DNA from: Tubulanus polymorphus
Taxonomy: Eukaryota; Animalia; Nemertea
NCBI RefSeq assembly: GCF_964204645.1
Contig: NC_134028.1
Location: 16,809,653-16,873,652 of the forward strand
Direction: 5' to 3'
Length of the DNA stretch: 64,000 nt
Shown here: positions 1 through 12,600 of the stretch, in pieces
Numbering within the stretch: the first letter of the stretch is position 1
Layout: every line of letters begins with the position of its first letter
The notes under the pieces: model-generated
Databases searched by the model: none
The model's input: only the letters and a program-made list of their open reading frames with translations
What the model was told of the DNA's origin: nothing
Made by a program: the position numbers and the translations under genes

Positions 1-22
1 TCGCTGCTTAGCAGCTATATTT
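1..22 (+). mobile_element. 3' terminus of a Helentron/DINE-1-like non-autonomous element (HINE-B family), body lies upstream of the window
   Basis: TCGCTGCTTAGCAGCTATATTT matches the 3' stem-loop plus TATATT end of the copies ending at 17266 and 21787. Confidence 0.7.
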
Positions 23-219
23 CGATATTACAGTTTTTCAAGTTATTTATAAGTTTATTATTAACTTCAACATGTAAAATATTTATTCTAAACTTCAACA
101 AATAAATGCAAATGCAGTGTGTATAAAATTAGACATTATTTCTAAAATAACAAACATTACTTTGAACTAAGTAAAACTTAGGTAACATGAAACTATATCA
201 AGCCAACAAACTTTGAAAA

Positions 220-965
220 CTACAATTTTTCGGCAATTTCATTCATAACTGCGAGGGTTTCTTGATGCATCCGTTCAAAAGTTTCATGGATAGATTTGTC
301 TCTTATTTCCATGTATTCAAGGATTTGAGACACAGTAGGTTTCCCTTTCTTGCATGGCTTCTCCCCAGATGTAGTAGGAGCTTTACGCTTTCTAGAGCCT
401 TCAGAATTTGAATCTCCATCATCATCGCCATCATTAACAAGATTATTATTTTCCTCCTCTGTACACGAAGATTCATTTCGGAATGAATCTGCTGCATACT
501 CTGGTACCACACTGGGGTCGTCCCCCATGATATCATGCATTTGATCGGCAAAGACAAATTTTGTCGGTTTTGACCCAGTCTTATTATTTAACTGTACATA
601 ATTCCTATACGCTTTCTTTAAATTCTTCTATTTATCAACACATTTTTGGAATATTCATCTCCTCTGCAATTTTGCGCCACACCTTTGTTTTGTTGCGTGC
701 AGCGTTGAGATAATCAAAATTGTCTTTTATCACTGCAAGAAGTTTTCTTGTTGACACAACAGTCCAATCATATCTCACTGAAAAAAACATTTTTACAATC
801 TAAAATACAACTTATTGTTTTTTACCAAAACCACATGCGAATTACCATATTAAATACATGTGCTTACATGTGCATACATGTGCTTACCAATATTTTCATT
901 GAACACTGATGATGATTCATCTTCCACTTCTGAAACTGCTGTCTGATTATTGCTGGACGCATTCA
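220..965 (-). pseudogene. Spliced Myb/SANT-like (trihelix) DNA-binding protein pseudogene, PIF/Harbinger ORF1-like
   Basis: Exon 965-888 (AG/GT flanks) splices in frame to an exon starting at 777: VRYDWTVVSTRKLLAVIKDNF...KTKVWRKIAEEM [frameshift] KCVDK*KNLKKAYR...TGSKPTKFVFADQMHDIMG, followed by an acidic/basic tail. The W-W-W SANT pattern has its third Trp mutated to a stop. Confidence 0.7.
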
Positions 966-1112
966 CTTAAGAGAAATACAAAAAGAAATTGCAGGTATAA
1001 ATAAAAACTTTCATGCAGTACAGTTTAAAGGAAACAAACTGTTTCTTGCTATGATATGATTGTCAAAGTTCAGATAATTTTTTAAACTGAACCTTGACTA
1101 TCTGTTACTTGA

Positions 1113-1200
1113 ACTAGGGGACCAGGGACACCATGCGGCCCACTTGGGAAATGGTTTCAAATGCTCAACAAAGTAACAATTTCAACATTAGCCCCAAAGT
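1113..1200 (-). mobile_element. 3' end fragment of a HINE-A-related element
   Basis: Reverse complement of the TTGTTGAGCATTTGAAACC..TTCCCAAGTGGGC..ATGGTGTCCCTGG..CCCCTAGTT end seen at 16648, 44994 and 45636. Confidence 0.8.
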
Positions 1201-1212
1201 AGGCTAAAAATG

Positions 1213-1217
1213 ATATA

Positions 1218-1306
<89 letters not shown>
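1213..1306. repeat. (AT)n microsatellite
   Basis: Near-perfect AT dinucleotide run. Confidence 0.98.
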
Positions 1307-1308
<2 letters not shown>

Positions 1309-1336
1309 TTTCCACTTTTGAACTGCCGTTTTGTGG

Positions 1337-1834
1337 TGTCATAATCCCACTTTCATCATATTTCCGTAGTTTTCATCGGTTCCCCACTCGGCGAGTTGAG
1401 CCTGGTCGCACCGCTAGGCGGCTCACTTTTATTGCGCGCGGATATCAAACTCGAGTTTGATTTTCAAAGTCCGATTTTAACCTTTCAAATTTATTCTTTT
1501 GGTATTTTTAGCGCGTGTATTGATAATATTTTATCTCTGGGAGTATTAATCTTCCTGTTTAACTATTCTATTCGCGTTCTATTTAGCGCGCGCTCTTGGC
1601 CTAATTCGCGCGTAGTGATATCACTACTGGCCAATGAGCGCCCCCAGATTTCTATAAAAGGCGGGTCGTTCAAGCATGACGGTCATTCTGATTTTCAAAT
1701 CACACGCGACGTACATAGCATTACTAAGCATCAATAACCTACAGCAATTGAATTCGTAATTGAATTGGATTATAAAGATGTAAGCGATAAGAGACGCCTC
1801 TCAATCCCGCCTTGTCCAACCCGAGATATATTCA
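1337..1834 (+). mobile_element. Possible 5' LTR of the adjacent Gypsy remnant
   Basis: Begins TGTCATAATCCC, has TATAAAAGG at ~1653, ends ..TTCA upstream of gag. No second LTR or clear PBS to confirm. Confidence 0.3.
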
Positions 1835-2204
1835 CTTTGATCGTCTGGCCAAGTTTGATTTTGGCCAAGTTTGATTCTGGCAAAGTTTGATTTCGACCGA
1901 GTTTGATTTTCCGGTCTCCTATCTTAGAGAAACCAACCGACCGAGAGCGTCACTACGATGGACAGTCATGATCAATTTTGTTTAGCTTAGTCGAGCCGAC
2001 TTTTGTACATACGTAAAACTATTTGCCGGGCGTATCGATCGTCACATCATTTTCAACAACGACTGTATTGATTTCCTCTAGTTCGGACGATTTCACTTCG
2101 ATTGTATATAAATATGTATATATTTCTACATTTATTCGCGACCGAATGATGATTACTACGTCGAGCGAAATCTTGAAACGAGTGAGCGTCTTGACCGAAT
2201 TCCG

Positions 2205-2931
2205 TTGGGGTCAAATGTTGGTTTTGAGAGTCAGCGCCTCGCTCAAGATCGTAACCCGGCATGTAGAATCAAGCCCGAAACCTTCGACGGTAATGGTCCT
2301 TGGCGAGATTATATTCAAGTTTTTGAGACAGTATCACGTATCAACCGCTGGGACGACGAATCCAAAGTAGATTTTCTTTTCGCACACCTTCGAGGCCCCA
2401 CCCACCAATTAGCTTGTATTTTGTCGCATCAAAGTCGGCTCGATTATGGAGAGTTAGTCAGTATACTCGACTCGAGATTTGGTTTCGGCTATCAATCTGA
2501 ACTCTTCTTCGCTGAAATTAAGAACAGAAGGCGTAAGAGAAACCCTAAGAGAACTGGGTCAAGAGCTACTTTCCCTTGCAGTACGGGCTTATCCTGATTT
2601 AGACCCGTTTCAGAGAGACCGTTTGGTCTGAACTCATTTTATAGACGCGATCGATGATAGAGAGCTGCGTATGCAATTGTATCAGAGTCATTGTAAATCG
2701 CTCGACGAGTTAGTCCGTTTAGCCGTAGAGCTAGAGGGGTATATTAGATTGGAGGAAGATAGAGAGCGTGGCTCCCATGGGTTTGCAAGAGCAACGAAAG
2801 TAGAAGAGAATGACCAAATTGAGACATTGAGATCTCAGGTGACCGAGTTGACGACGATGGTCAAGCGGTTAGTAGGCCTACAATCCCAACAGAGCGTTCG
2901 TCGAGTGGTCAAACGGGACATATCTCTATGA
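2205..2931 (+). pseudogene. Ty3/Gypsy-type gag remnant (frameshift and stop), pol absent
   Basis: KPETFDGNGPWRDYIQVFETVSRINRWDDESKVDFLFAHLRG...; shifted frame continues LRELGQELLSLAVRAYP...FIDAIDDRELRMQL...SLDELVRLAVELE, typical of retrotransposon capsid proteins. Confidence 0.8.
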
Positions 2932-2995
2932 GAAGGACCGAGGCGGAAAACGGGCGACCCCTGGCTCAAAGAGAGTCAAGCTAGAGGAGAGCTTT

Positions 2996-3331
2996 ACAAG
3001 AGATCCACGGATCTTAATATCTCGGGCGCAGAACGTTATCTTTGTAATGTATAGGCGCCACCTGATTGATGCATCTGTAAGGTTTTCCTTGACGATTCAT
3101 GGATGTGTAAAATCTGCTGATTTCGGCGAACAACATCATCGAATCTAATCAGCAATCATCGCGGCTAGGGGTTTGGGCCAGATTCATTTGTGCGCGCATA
3201 ATCTTCCGTGAAGTAGCGTATCGATTGAATCTTCGGTTATTTGCATAATAAAATAGATATGGGGAGACCGAATCGATACTTCGGCTATCAAATTAAAAAT
3301 GAACATATAAGACTCTCCCATGACTGGGAAA
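2996..3331 (-). repeat. Interspersed repeat fragment; empty-site version of the element at 61305-63200
   Basis: Reverse complement aligns to 61305-61470 joined directly to 63030-63200. Confidence 0.85.
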
Positions 3332-5804
3332 AGTATAAATCTACTAATTCACCATGATTTTCTATCTTAAAATGATTCCAAATATTTAATGTTCTATTAA
3401 AAACTTCATCTTTCACATACTCCTCTTTAATTGATCATAAAATTGTTCTCTTAATAATTCTGTTACATAAAAATCATTATGTGTTTTATAAAATGAATAA
3501 GGAATTGCACCTTTAAATCTCAATAATTTAAAATCTTGTTCATTTGGATAATAATGTCGAGTTATTATAAAACTAAACTTTTTGCTAAATTATCTAATGA
3601 ACTTGCTAAAAATCTATAAGAATCTAAACATCTAATGCAACCAAATTGAAATGAAATATAATTTTCAGATGTCTTAGCTAATAGTTTAAAATCATATTTT
3701 CTTACATTTGTACCATTCATAGCATTATATTCTTCTATTTCTTGATTAATTGCACCTAACTTTCCTGATAATTGTTTTATAAATAAGTGGGTATCGTAGC
3801 CTGATAAATTATGAAATAATATTGGTACGAAATTAACTTTCTTAGCTTGTAAATTGCAATCTTCATGAGCAGCTCCACGATATTTTGAATTTAAATGATC
3901 ATGATCTCTAACTTTTTTATCAAATGAATAAAAACGTTTTTCACAGTTACAACAATTAGTTGCATAATTAAAATCAATTTCATCTTCTTTTGTCATAACT
4001 ATTCTTTAATTTTTGTTTAATAATTGTGCAAAATCACTTTCTAATTCAATTATTTTATTACAGAATTCATTTACTACATCTTCACCTCTAAAAGAAATAC
4101 ATTGACTTTGATATAATTCAGGGTAATTTGATTTTATATAAATTCCATAAGCAGCAGCTCTTTGATGAACTTTTTTAATTGTATTTATAATTGGTGGGTC
4201 TTGAATTATATCTTCATTTAGTTCACTTCCTTTATCCATTGATTTTAAAAATTGCTTTTTGTTATATATTTCTTTTCTATCTTGATCAGTTAATACTTTA
4301 TGCAACGATTCAAAATCCCCATAAATTACAAACGGCACTATATTCTTAAATTTATGATTAGTAAATTTCAATTTATAATCTTTTTCTGTTGGCATTATTA
4401 ATTTGCATAAACCTTTATTATCGCATAATTATTTATGTTTTGATAATGTATTCTCAGCCATAAATTTAGATAAACATTTTCTACATAGATAAATTTTACG
4501 ATGGTGATCACTTTCTATTGTTCTAAAGAATAAATCTATTTGTTTTAACCACATATAATGTTCATTTTCATCTTTTTTGTAATATAACAAATCTATAACA
4601 TTTTCATCATCATAATATTCTGTTAAATATAAAGCTTCCAATGTATAATCTTTAATATTTTCACCTTTTGTCACTGGTAATTGCATTAATTCGAATACAT
4701 TTATTTTTAAATTATTATTTTTTTCTATTTTAGGAATCATCTTTGTAGTTACTGGATATTGATCAATTTATCATGTTTCATATTTCCGGTAATCTGTTAT
4801 TCTACAAACATTTTCCTGAGTTGGATGTAAACAAATAATAATTGACCATAGAAAACATTTATTATCTTCATTTTGAACATTTATTACTGCTTTTGTTGTA
4901 AATGGTAATTTGATATAAGATAATATCCTTTAATATCCTTTTCTGTTGTAAAGTTTGAATAATTTTTAAACATTGTATTACTTTGTGATGCGTTATTCCT
5001 TTTTGTATTATAAATATTCAAATCCAAAAATATAATTTCATTCAATGTTAAACCAGAACCCTCAAAATCTCTTTTCTCAATATGACGTTTAAATTCATTA
5101 AATATTTTTTCTAATTTCTCTTTTATTTGTGTTTTTGAAATCATTTCTTCAGAGTGTGTTTGAATATTATAATCCATTTTTTCTTCTGATTGTACAAAAC
5201 TTACTTTCCCAGAGATACTAATTTTTGGATATTCAATATCTGTAATAAAGTCCATTATTTTTCCATTATTTCAATAAATTTAATAATAATAATAATCTTC
5301 TATTGTTGCTCCTTTAAAAAATCTAAATATAGCTGCAGGACCAATTTTACTACGTAATGTTTCTAAAATTTCAATTGTATCTTTTATTTCTAGAGTATCA
5401 ATATACTTTCTAAAATTTTCCATGTAAGGTTTATTTGAAATAGATTTAGTTTTTGAAACTGGTTTTTTTACTTGTTGAGGTTTATCATCAAAATATTCTG
5501 ATCCTAAAACATTTTTATTTAAATTTTGTTTGTGTTTTTGTGATTCGAGATGTCTTTTATAATTCCTTTTTGCTATAAATTCATTACAAACATTACATTT
5601 AATATCATCTTTTTTCATATTTTCTAATTGTTCTTTTCTATCATTGGAATTTTCTGGTGTCTCAAAACCTATAACATTTTTTGTATGATTTGCAGTTTTT
5701 CCATGACGCGATTTTTGAGATTTATCGATGAATGTTTTACAATATGGACAATATTGATTTTTATTAACATCATTGTTTTCTGTCTGGTACTCACTGTCTC
5801 CCAT
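3332..5804 (-). pseudogene. Protein-primed family B DNA polymerase (pPolB) copy 1, N-terminal half, multiply frameshifted
   Basis: Zinc fingers (CPYC..H, CNVC..HLESQKH), EGSGL, NVQNEDNKCFLWSI, HYMW, LCRKCL, VPFVIYGDFES (ExoI), CxxC..VRDHDHL..YRGAAHEDCNL (endonuclease VII-like), FHNLSGYD (ExoII), DSYRFL, KGAIPY; truncated before ExoIII and the palm. Confidence 0.88.
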
Positions 5805-5999
5805 TTATGAGAAAAAAATTACTTGTGGTGATGAGTGGGGCGCGGTTACTTTCTCGTTAGTGCGCTGGCGCATCGACCGACTATCCGAGCGCAGCTGTAA
5901 TAGCGCAACGCTGCCGACCGTTCTCGTTAGTGCCTCGCGTTGATGAGTGACGTGTCGACCTCTCGACCTCTGATCTGAAACCCCACTTTTCTAATTACT
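3332..5999 (-). mobile_element. Polinton/Maverick remnant A (one terminus plus 5' part of pPolB)
   Basis: pPolB motifs; GC-rich leader 5820-5999 whose minus strand begins AGTAATTAG. Confidence 0.75.
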
Positions 6000-7076
6000 C
6001 AGTCTTAATTAAATTATTATAACCAATTATATTTCCAATTTTCAATACTAAATCATTAGAAATCATTAATAAATTAGGACCTATACAATAATTTAATCTT
6101 ACATGTGATTTATCTAAATAATTTTGGTACCTAACTATATTTTCTGGAATCGATCTTTTTTTATCATTATGAATTGAATCTTCAAATGATACTTTAAATT
6201 GTTTTTGTGTATCAAATGATGTATTTAAATTTCCAATTATTGGCGATCTTGTTTCAACTTGTGCACCTAGAATACATATCAAATAAGTTATAATTGATTG
6301 AGATTTATTCTTTGTATACCTGAGTTAGTAAAACCTTCACTATTATCTAAAATAAAATAAACCCAACCATTATTGTTTTCTTGTTTTAGATGATCATACA
6401 ATTTCGGTAATTTATTGAAATTTAATGTTTCTAAATCCATGTTTTCTATTTTACCATAACCTAATTTATTATTATCGATATTATAAAAACTATTAGATGG
6501 TATGCAATATTGTAAAATATTATCCGGACAAGGAATTGATCTTATTGTTCCAATTTTTGTTCTAAAATCAGAATTATTTATATCTATATTAAATTCATTA
6601 CAAATTTAATAAAACTTTGATAAATTAACATAATTATCTAATTCTTTAAGATATCTAGATCCTGGTAAAGGAGTCTCTAATTCATTTAATATTAATCTTA
6701 TTTGAAAGTATGTATGGAATCTAAATAAACTTTGAATTAATTTTGTATTTTGAATTATTTAAATGATCATTCCAACTAATTCCACAACCCGTTGTTGCAC
6801 AATAAACAGCAAAATTTAATTGGTTCTGCCAATACTTCATATTAGATTTTAATAACCATTGTTTTTCATCTTTCAATTTTTTAAAATTAATTAAATATAC
6901 ATGAAATATATTTTCCATCTTTGCATTAAAATTATTAGTTTAACATAAATATCTAAATTAATCTATGAATCTAAAACTTCATTTCTATATGAAATATCTT
7001 TATTAAAATCTATTGCAGGAATATTATATTCAATTGATTTATTATATTGAAAAGCTTTTGGAAAACTAATTGCCAT
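6000..7076 (-). pseudogene. Conserved uncharacterised Polinton/adintovirus-associated protein, degraded and 3'-truncated
   Basis: YWQNQLNFAVYCATTGCGISWNDHL, FRFHTYFQIRLILNELETPLP, ILGAQVETRSPIIG, RYQNYL, IIGYNN motifs, recalled from invertebrate Maverick elements. Confidence 0.6.
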
Positions 7077-7099
7077 TTATATAATAAAAAAATTAATAA

Positions 7100-7520
7100 T
7101 CTATTAATTCTTTTAATAATTTATCCTGCTCTTGAATTATTATATTACCATTTAAACTTATTATAAAATCCAGTGTATTTTTCAATTTATTAATTTCTTT
7201 TATATTAGATTTTATTTTTTCTTTATTACGTTTTATATTTTGAACTTATTCCGGTTTAAACACTTGATGATAATCATAGCGCACCAATTGTGATAGCTAA
7301 AGGTGTTAATGGTGAGAATATTGCTAAAAATGTTATCACCGAAATAATTGTAACTGAACCACTAATAATAAAATAATATATAATTTTGCTTTTTAAATAT
7401 TTTTCCTTTTTAACTTTTAAATCATTTTCAAATTCTAATATATGTTTTTCCAAATATAATGTTAATTTAGTTTTATTCATATCATGAGGAATAATATCAA
7501 CATTATCAACTTTATCATCT
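7100..7520 (-). pseudogene. Small Polinton-associated protein with two hydrophobic segments and coiled coil, with in-frame stops
   Basis: ORF 7274-7480 (..IIYYFIISGSVTIISVITFLAIFSPLTPLAITIGAL*) lies in the co-oriented cluster; ends approximate. Confidence 0.45.
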
Positions 7521-7541
7521 ATTTATTTAGAAAAGAAATTA

Positions 7542-7966
7542 CTAATTAGTAAATTTATATGCTACAAATATAACAATAACTGTTCCACCTAAAATCCAAA
7601 TTACTTCATATTTCTTCTCTTCATTACTTGGGATATAATAATCTGATATTGTAGGTTTATGTAAATGTAATTTTTCTTTATTTGTTACTGCGTTATATAA
7701 ACTCATTGCATCATCGACTGATTGAAAATCTCTATGTGAAATTTTCTGATCATATAATTCTTTGTTAATATAATCCATATAATTTTGTCTTTTTTCTCTA
7801 TATTCTTCTGCAGCTTTATTATGTTTCTCTAATACTCAGTTATTTCTTTTTTGTTCTGCTAATGAACCATTTTTAATCAATATGTTTAAATAAATACCCT
7901 CCACCTGTAAATGCTAAAAGCGTTAACAATTGCCGATCCTATAATAGTTATAACTGCAGACGCCAT
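7542..7966 (-). pseudogene. Small Polinton-associated protein, N-terminal hydrophobic helix and C-terminal TM segment
   Basis: MASAVITIIGSAIVNA [frameshift] AFTGGGYLF...FQSVDDAMSLY...PTISDYYIPS.EEKKYEVIWILGGTVIVIFVAYKF. Confidence 0.6.
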
Positions 7967-7999
7967 TTATTTTATTATGCATTATGCGAAATTATGCAT

Positions 8000-8220
8000 C
8001 TATATAGGAGGAATATATTTTTGTTTTTCCAAATAATCAATTGTTAAATTAGATAAAGTAACTGCTAACGTTAATTTTGAAATATCATTTATATCAAATC
8101 TATCAACATTAATACTTCCCATTTTGAATACAATTTTAATACCATTGTATATCCAACAGTTCTAACTGATAGTAATGCTCCATTATATAAACCAGTTATT
8201 ATCCACTTATTATCACTCAT
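8000..8220 (-). pseudogene. ~70 aa Polinton-associated protein (one frameshift)
   Basis: MSDNKWIITGLYNGALLSVRTVGYTMVLK / KIVFKMGSINVDRFDINDISKLTLAVTLSNLTIDYLEKQKYIPPI*. Confidence 0.55.
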
Positions 8221-9624
8221 TCATTAATAAAAGAAATCACCTTCTTCAAAATATTTAGTTAACTTAGTTATAATTATTTCAACATTTATTTCATTACTAC
8301 TTTTATGATTATCATATATTTAGGGTTTTCTGTTATTTCACAGAAAACCCTATTGATATCCGCGTGATTATTATTAGGGTTTTCTGTTATTTCACAGAAA
8401 ACCCTATTGTTATCCGCGTGATTATTATTATTATTATTTTCTTCCACACTATTTTTACCAAAAGAACATAGGCTTTGTTACCTTACCACTGTTTCATATA
8501 CAATCCATATAATATCGTTCAGCTCACTGAGATCTACAAATAGCCCGCGTGTTTTTTCACGAATCATCGTTACAAAAGCGCTGTCGGGCCGTAAACATCG
8601 AAAATTTAGCCCCATTCAATGGGGCGACATGTTTTTCGAGTCGTCATCCCGAAATCAACCCGCAGGCCGACTGTCACTTCGATTATCAATTCAAGTATAA
8701 ATGAACTAATTTATTGCCGCAGACTTCAAATTCAGTCGCGGTCTTCAAAAAGTGATTTTAACAATAGCCCATTTTCCTCATCAAATCATATTACCGATAC
8801 ACTGGAAATTTACTACTTTAGATTTTAAAAGCACTGTCGAGCCGTAAACATCGACGAATCGACGTGTGTTACTACATCGTCGTTCCGGGGATCAGCTGCG
8901 AGTTTCTCCTCATCATGAGAATCAAATCGAGTACAAATTAATTTATTACTACCAGTGATTTGGCTGCGGGCGTCAAGCAGTTAATTTAGCAATACCTATT
9001 TTACTTTACCAAATTTACTGTGTTTTTACTAAGATAAATCATATGTATACTCTATATTTCCTACAGTACATACCGATCATTGTCAAAATGCACAAGGTAT
9101 TTACTAAATACAAGTATATAACACACTCCTATCCGTATGCTGGACTCACACTTGACATTCGGAGTAAGCGTTCGCTGTGGGGGAAAGGGATCGTTCGCTG
9201 TGTCGCTTGAAGTGTTTATCGAGTTTGACGCGGCTTTAGGCCTACCGGTACTGAGCTTTACTGTATCAAACAAACGCAGTACAATTGTTGCGTTTATTAA
9301 CGGACTCATTAGATTGAACTTCAAAACAAAATTTACGATATTTAGGAGGGTTGTTAAATTCAATAGGCCTACAACCCGGTATCTGTCCGGATGTTAGGCC
9401 TACGCATATACATAGGCCTACATAGGCTAGTAGCCTCACTAGGTTAAGCGTTCGCTGTAGGGGAAAGGAGATCGTTCGCTGTGTCGCTTGAAGTGTTTAT
9501 CGAGTTTTACGCGACCTTAAGGCTTTAGTATGGTGGCTGATAAGGGCCATGCGTAAAAAACCACGTATATGCAAATGAGGGCGACATTATGACAAAACGA
9601 CAAACTAAAATAACGCGACCAAAC

Positions 9625-12600
9625 AATAATTTTGGTTTTGTCGCCCGCGACAATTCATTATTTCGGTTTTATCGCCCGCGACAACTCATTATTTTGATTT
9701 TATCGCCCGCGACAATTCATTAATTTGGTTTTGTCACCCGCGACAAATCAATATTTTGGTTTTGTCGCCCACAACCATTCAATATTTAGGTTTTATCGCC
9801 CGCGACAATTCATTATTTTGGTTTTGTCGCCCGCGACAATTCATTATTTTGGTATGGTCGCACGCGACAATTCATTATTTTGGTTTTATCGCCCGCGACA
9901 ATTTTTTTTTGGTCGCGGTTTTATCGCCCGCGACAATTCATTATTTTGGTTTTATCGCCCGCAACAATTCATTAGTTTGGTTTTGTCGCCCGCGACAATT
10001 CAATATTTTGGTTTTGTCGCCCGCGACAATTCAAGATTTTGGTTTTATCGCCCGCGACAATTAAATATTTTGGTTTTATCGCCCGCGACAATTCATTAAT
10101 TTGGTTTTGTCACCCGCGACAAATCAGTATTTTGGTTTTGTCGCCCACGACAATTCATTTTTTTGGTATTATCGCCCGCGACAATTCATTGTTTTGGTTT
10201 TATCGCCCGCGACAATTCATTAATTTGGTTTTGTCACCTGCGACAAATCAATATTTTGGTTTTGTCGCCCGGAACAATTGATTATTTTGGTTTTATCGCC
10301 CGCGACAATTCTTTAATTTGGTTTTGTCACCCGCGACAATTTTTTTTTTGTCCCGGTTTTATCGCCTGCGACACTTCAATGTTTTGTTTTTATCACCTGT
10401 GACAATTCAATATTTTGGTTTTATCGCCAGCGACAATTCATTATTTTGGTTTTATCGCCCGCGACAATTCATTAGTTTGGTTTTGTCGCCCGCGACAATT
10501 CAATATCTTGGTTTTGTCCCACGTGACAATTCAATGTTTTTGGTTTTATCGCCAGCGACAATTCATTATTTTGGATTTGTCGCCCGCGTCAATCCTTCTT
10601 TTTAGTTTTGTTGCCTGCGACAATTCATTATTTTGGTTCTATATTTTGTTTTTGTCGCCCGCGACAATTTTTTTTGGGGTTTTGTCGCCCACGAAAATTC
10701 AATATTTTGGTTTTATCGCCCGCGATAATTCATTATTTTGGTTTTGTTGCCCGCGATAATTCATTATTTTGGTTTTATCGCCCGCGACAATTCATTATTT
10801 TGGTATGGTCGCACGCGACAATTCATTATTTTGGTTTTATCGCCCGCGACAATTTTTTTTTGGTCGCGGTTTTATCGCCCGCGACAATTCATTATTTTGG
10901 TTTTATCGCCCGCAACAATTCATTAGTTTGGTTTTGTCGCCCGCGACAATTCAATATTTTGGTTTTGTCGCCCGCGACAATTCAAGATTTTGGTTTTATC
11001 GCCCGCGACAATTAAATATTTTGGTTTTATCGCCCGCGACAATTCATTAATTTGGTTTTGTCACCCGCGACAAATCAGTATTTTGGTTTTGTCGCCCACG
11101 ACAATTCATTTTTTTGGTATTATCGCCCGCGACAATTCATTGTTTTGGTTTTATCGCCCGCGACAATTCATTAATTTGGTTTTGTCACCTGCGACAAATC
11201 AATATTTTGGTTTTGTCGCCCGGAACAATTGATTATTTTGGTTTTATCGCCCGCGACAATTCTTTAATTTGGTTTTGTCACCCGCGACAATTTTTTTTTT
11301 GTCCCGGTTTTATCGCCTGCGACACTTCAATGTTTTGTTTTTATCACCTGTGACAATTCAATATTTTGGTTTTATCGCCAGCGACAATTCATTATTTTGG
11401 TTTTATCGCCCGCGACAATTCATTAGTTTGGTTTTGTCGCCCGCGACAATTCAATATCTTGGTTTTGTCCCACGTGACAATTCAATGTTTTTGGTTTTAT
11501 CGCCAGCGACAATTCATTATTTTGGATTTGTCGCCCGCGTCAATCCTTCTTTTTAGTTTTGTTGCCTGCGACAATTCATTATTTTGGTTCTATATTTTGT
11601 TTTTGTCGCCCGCGACAATTTTTTTTGGGGTTTTGTCGCCCACGAAAATTCAATATTTTGGTTTTATCGCCCGCGATAATTCATTATTTTGGTTTTGTTG
11701 CCCGCGATAATTCATTATTTTGGTTTTATCGCCCGCGACAATTCATTATTTTGGTATGGTCGCACGCGACAATTCATTATTTTGGTTTTATCGCCCGCGA
11801 CAATTTTTTTTTGGTCGCGGTTTTATCGCCCGCGACAATTCATTATTTTGGTTTTATCGCCCGCAACAATTCATTAGTTTGGTTTTGTCGCCCGCGACAA
11901 TTCAATATTTTGGTTTTGTCGCCCGCGACAATTCAAGATTTTGGTTTTATCGCCCGCGACAATTAAATATTTTGGTTTTATCGCCCGCGACAATTCATTA
12001 ATTTGGTTTTGTCACCCGCGACAAATCAGTATTTTGGTTTTGTCGCCCACGACAATTCATTTTTTTGGTATTATCGCCCGCGACAATTCATTGTTTTGGT
12101 TTTATCGCCCGCGACAATTCATTAATTTGGTTTTGTCACCTGCGACAAATCAATATTTTGGTTTTGTCGCCCGGAACAATTGATTATTTTGGTTTTATCG
12201 CCCGCGACAATTCTTTAATTTGGTTTTGTCACCCGCGACAATTTTTTTTTTGTCCCGGTTTTATCGCCTGCGACACTTCAATGTTTTGTTTTTATCACCT
12301 GTGACAATTCAATATTTTGGTTTTATCGCCAGCGACAATTCATTATTTTGGTTTTATCGCCCGCGACAATTCATTAGTTTGGTTTTGTCGCCCGCGACAA
12401 TTCAATATCTTGGTTTTGTCCCACGTGACAATTCAATGTTTTTGGTTTTATCGCCAGCGACAATTCATTATTTTGGATTTGTCGCCCGCGTCAATCCTTC
12501 TTTTTAGTTTTGTTGCCTGCGACAATTCATTATTTTGGTTCTATATTTTGTTTTTGTCGCCCGCGACAATTTTTTTTGGGGTTTTGTCGCCCACGAAAAT

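Noticed and set aside
1157-1460. YI-repeat ORFs
   Set aside because: Translation of the (AT)n microsatellite.
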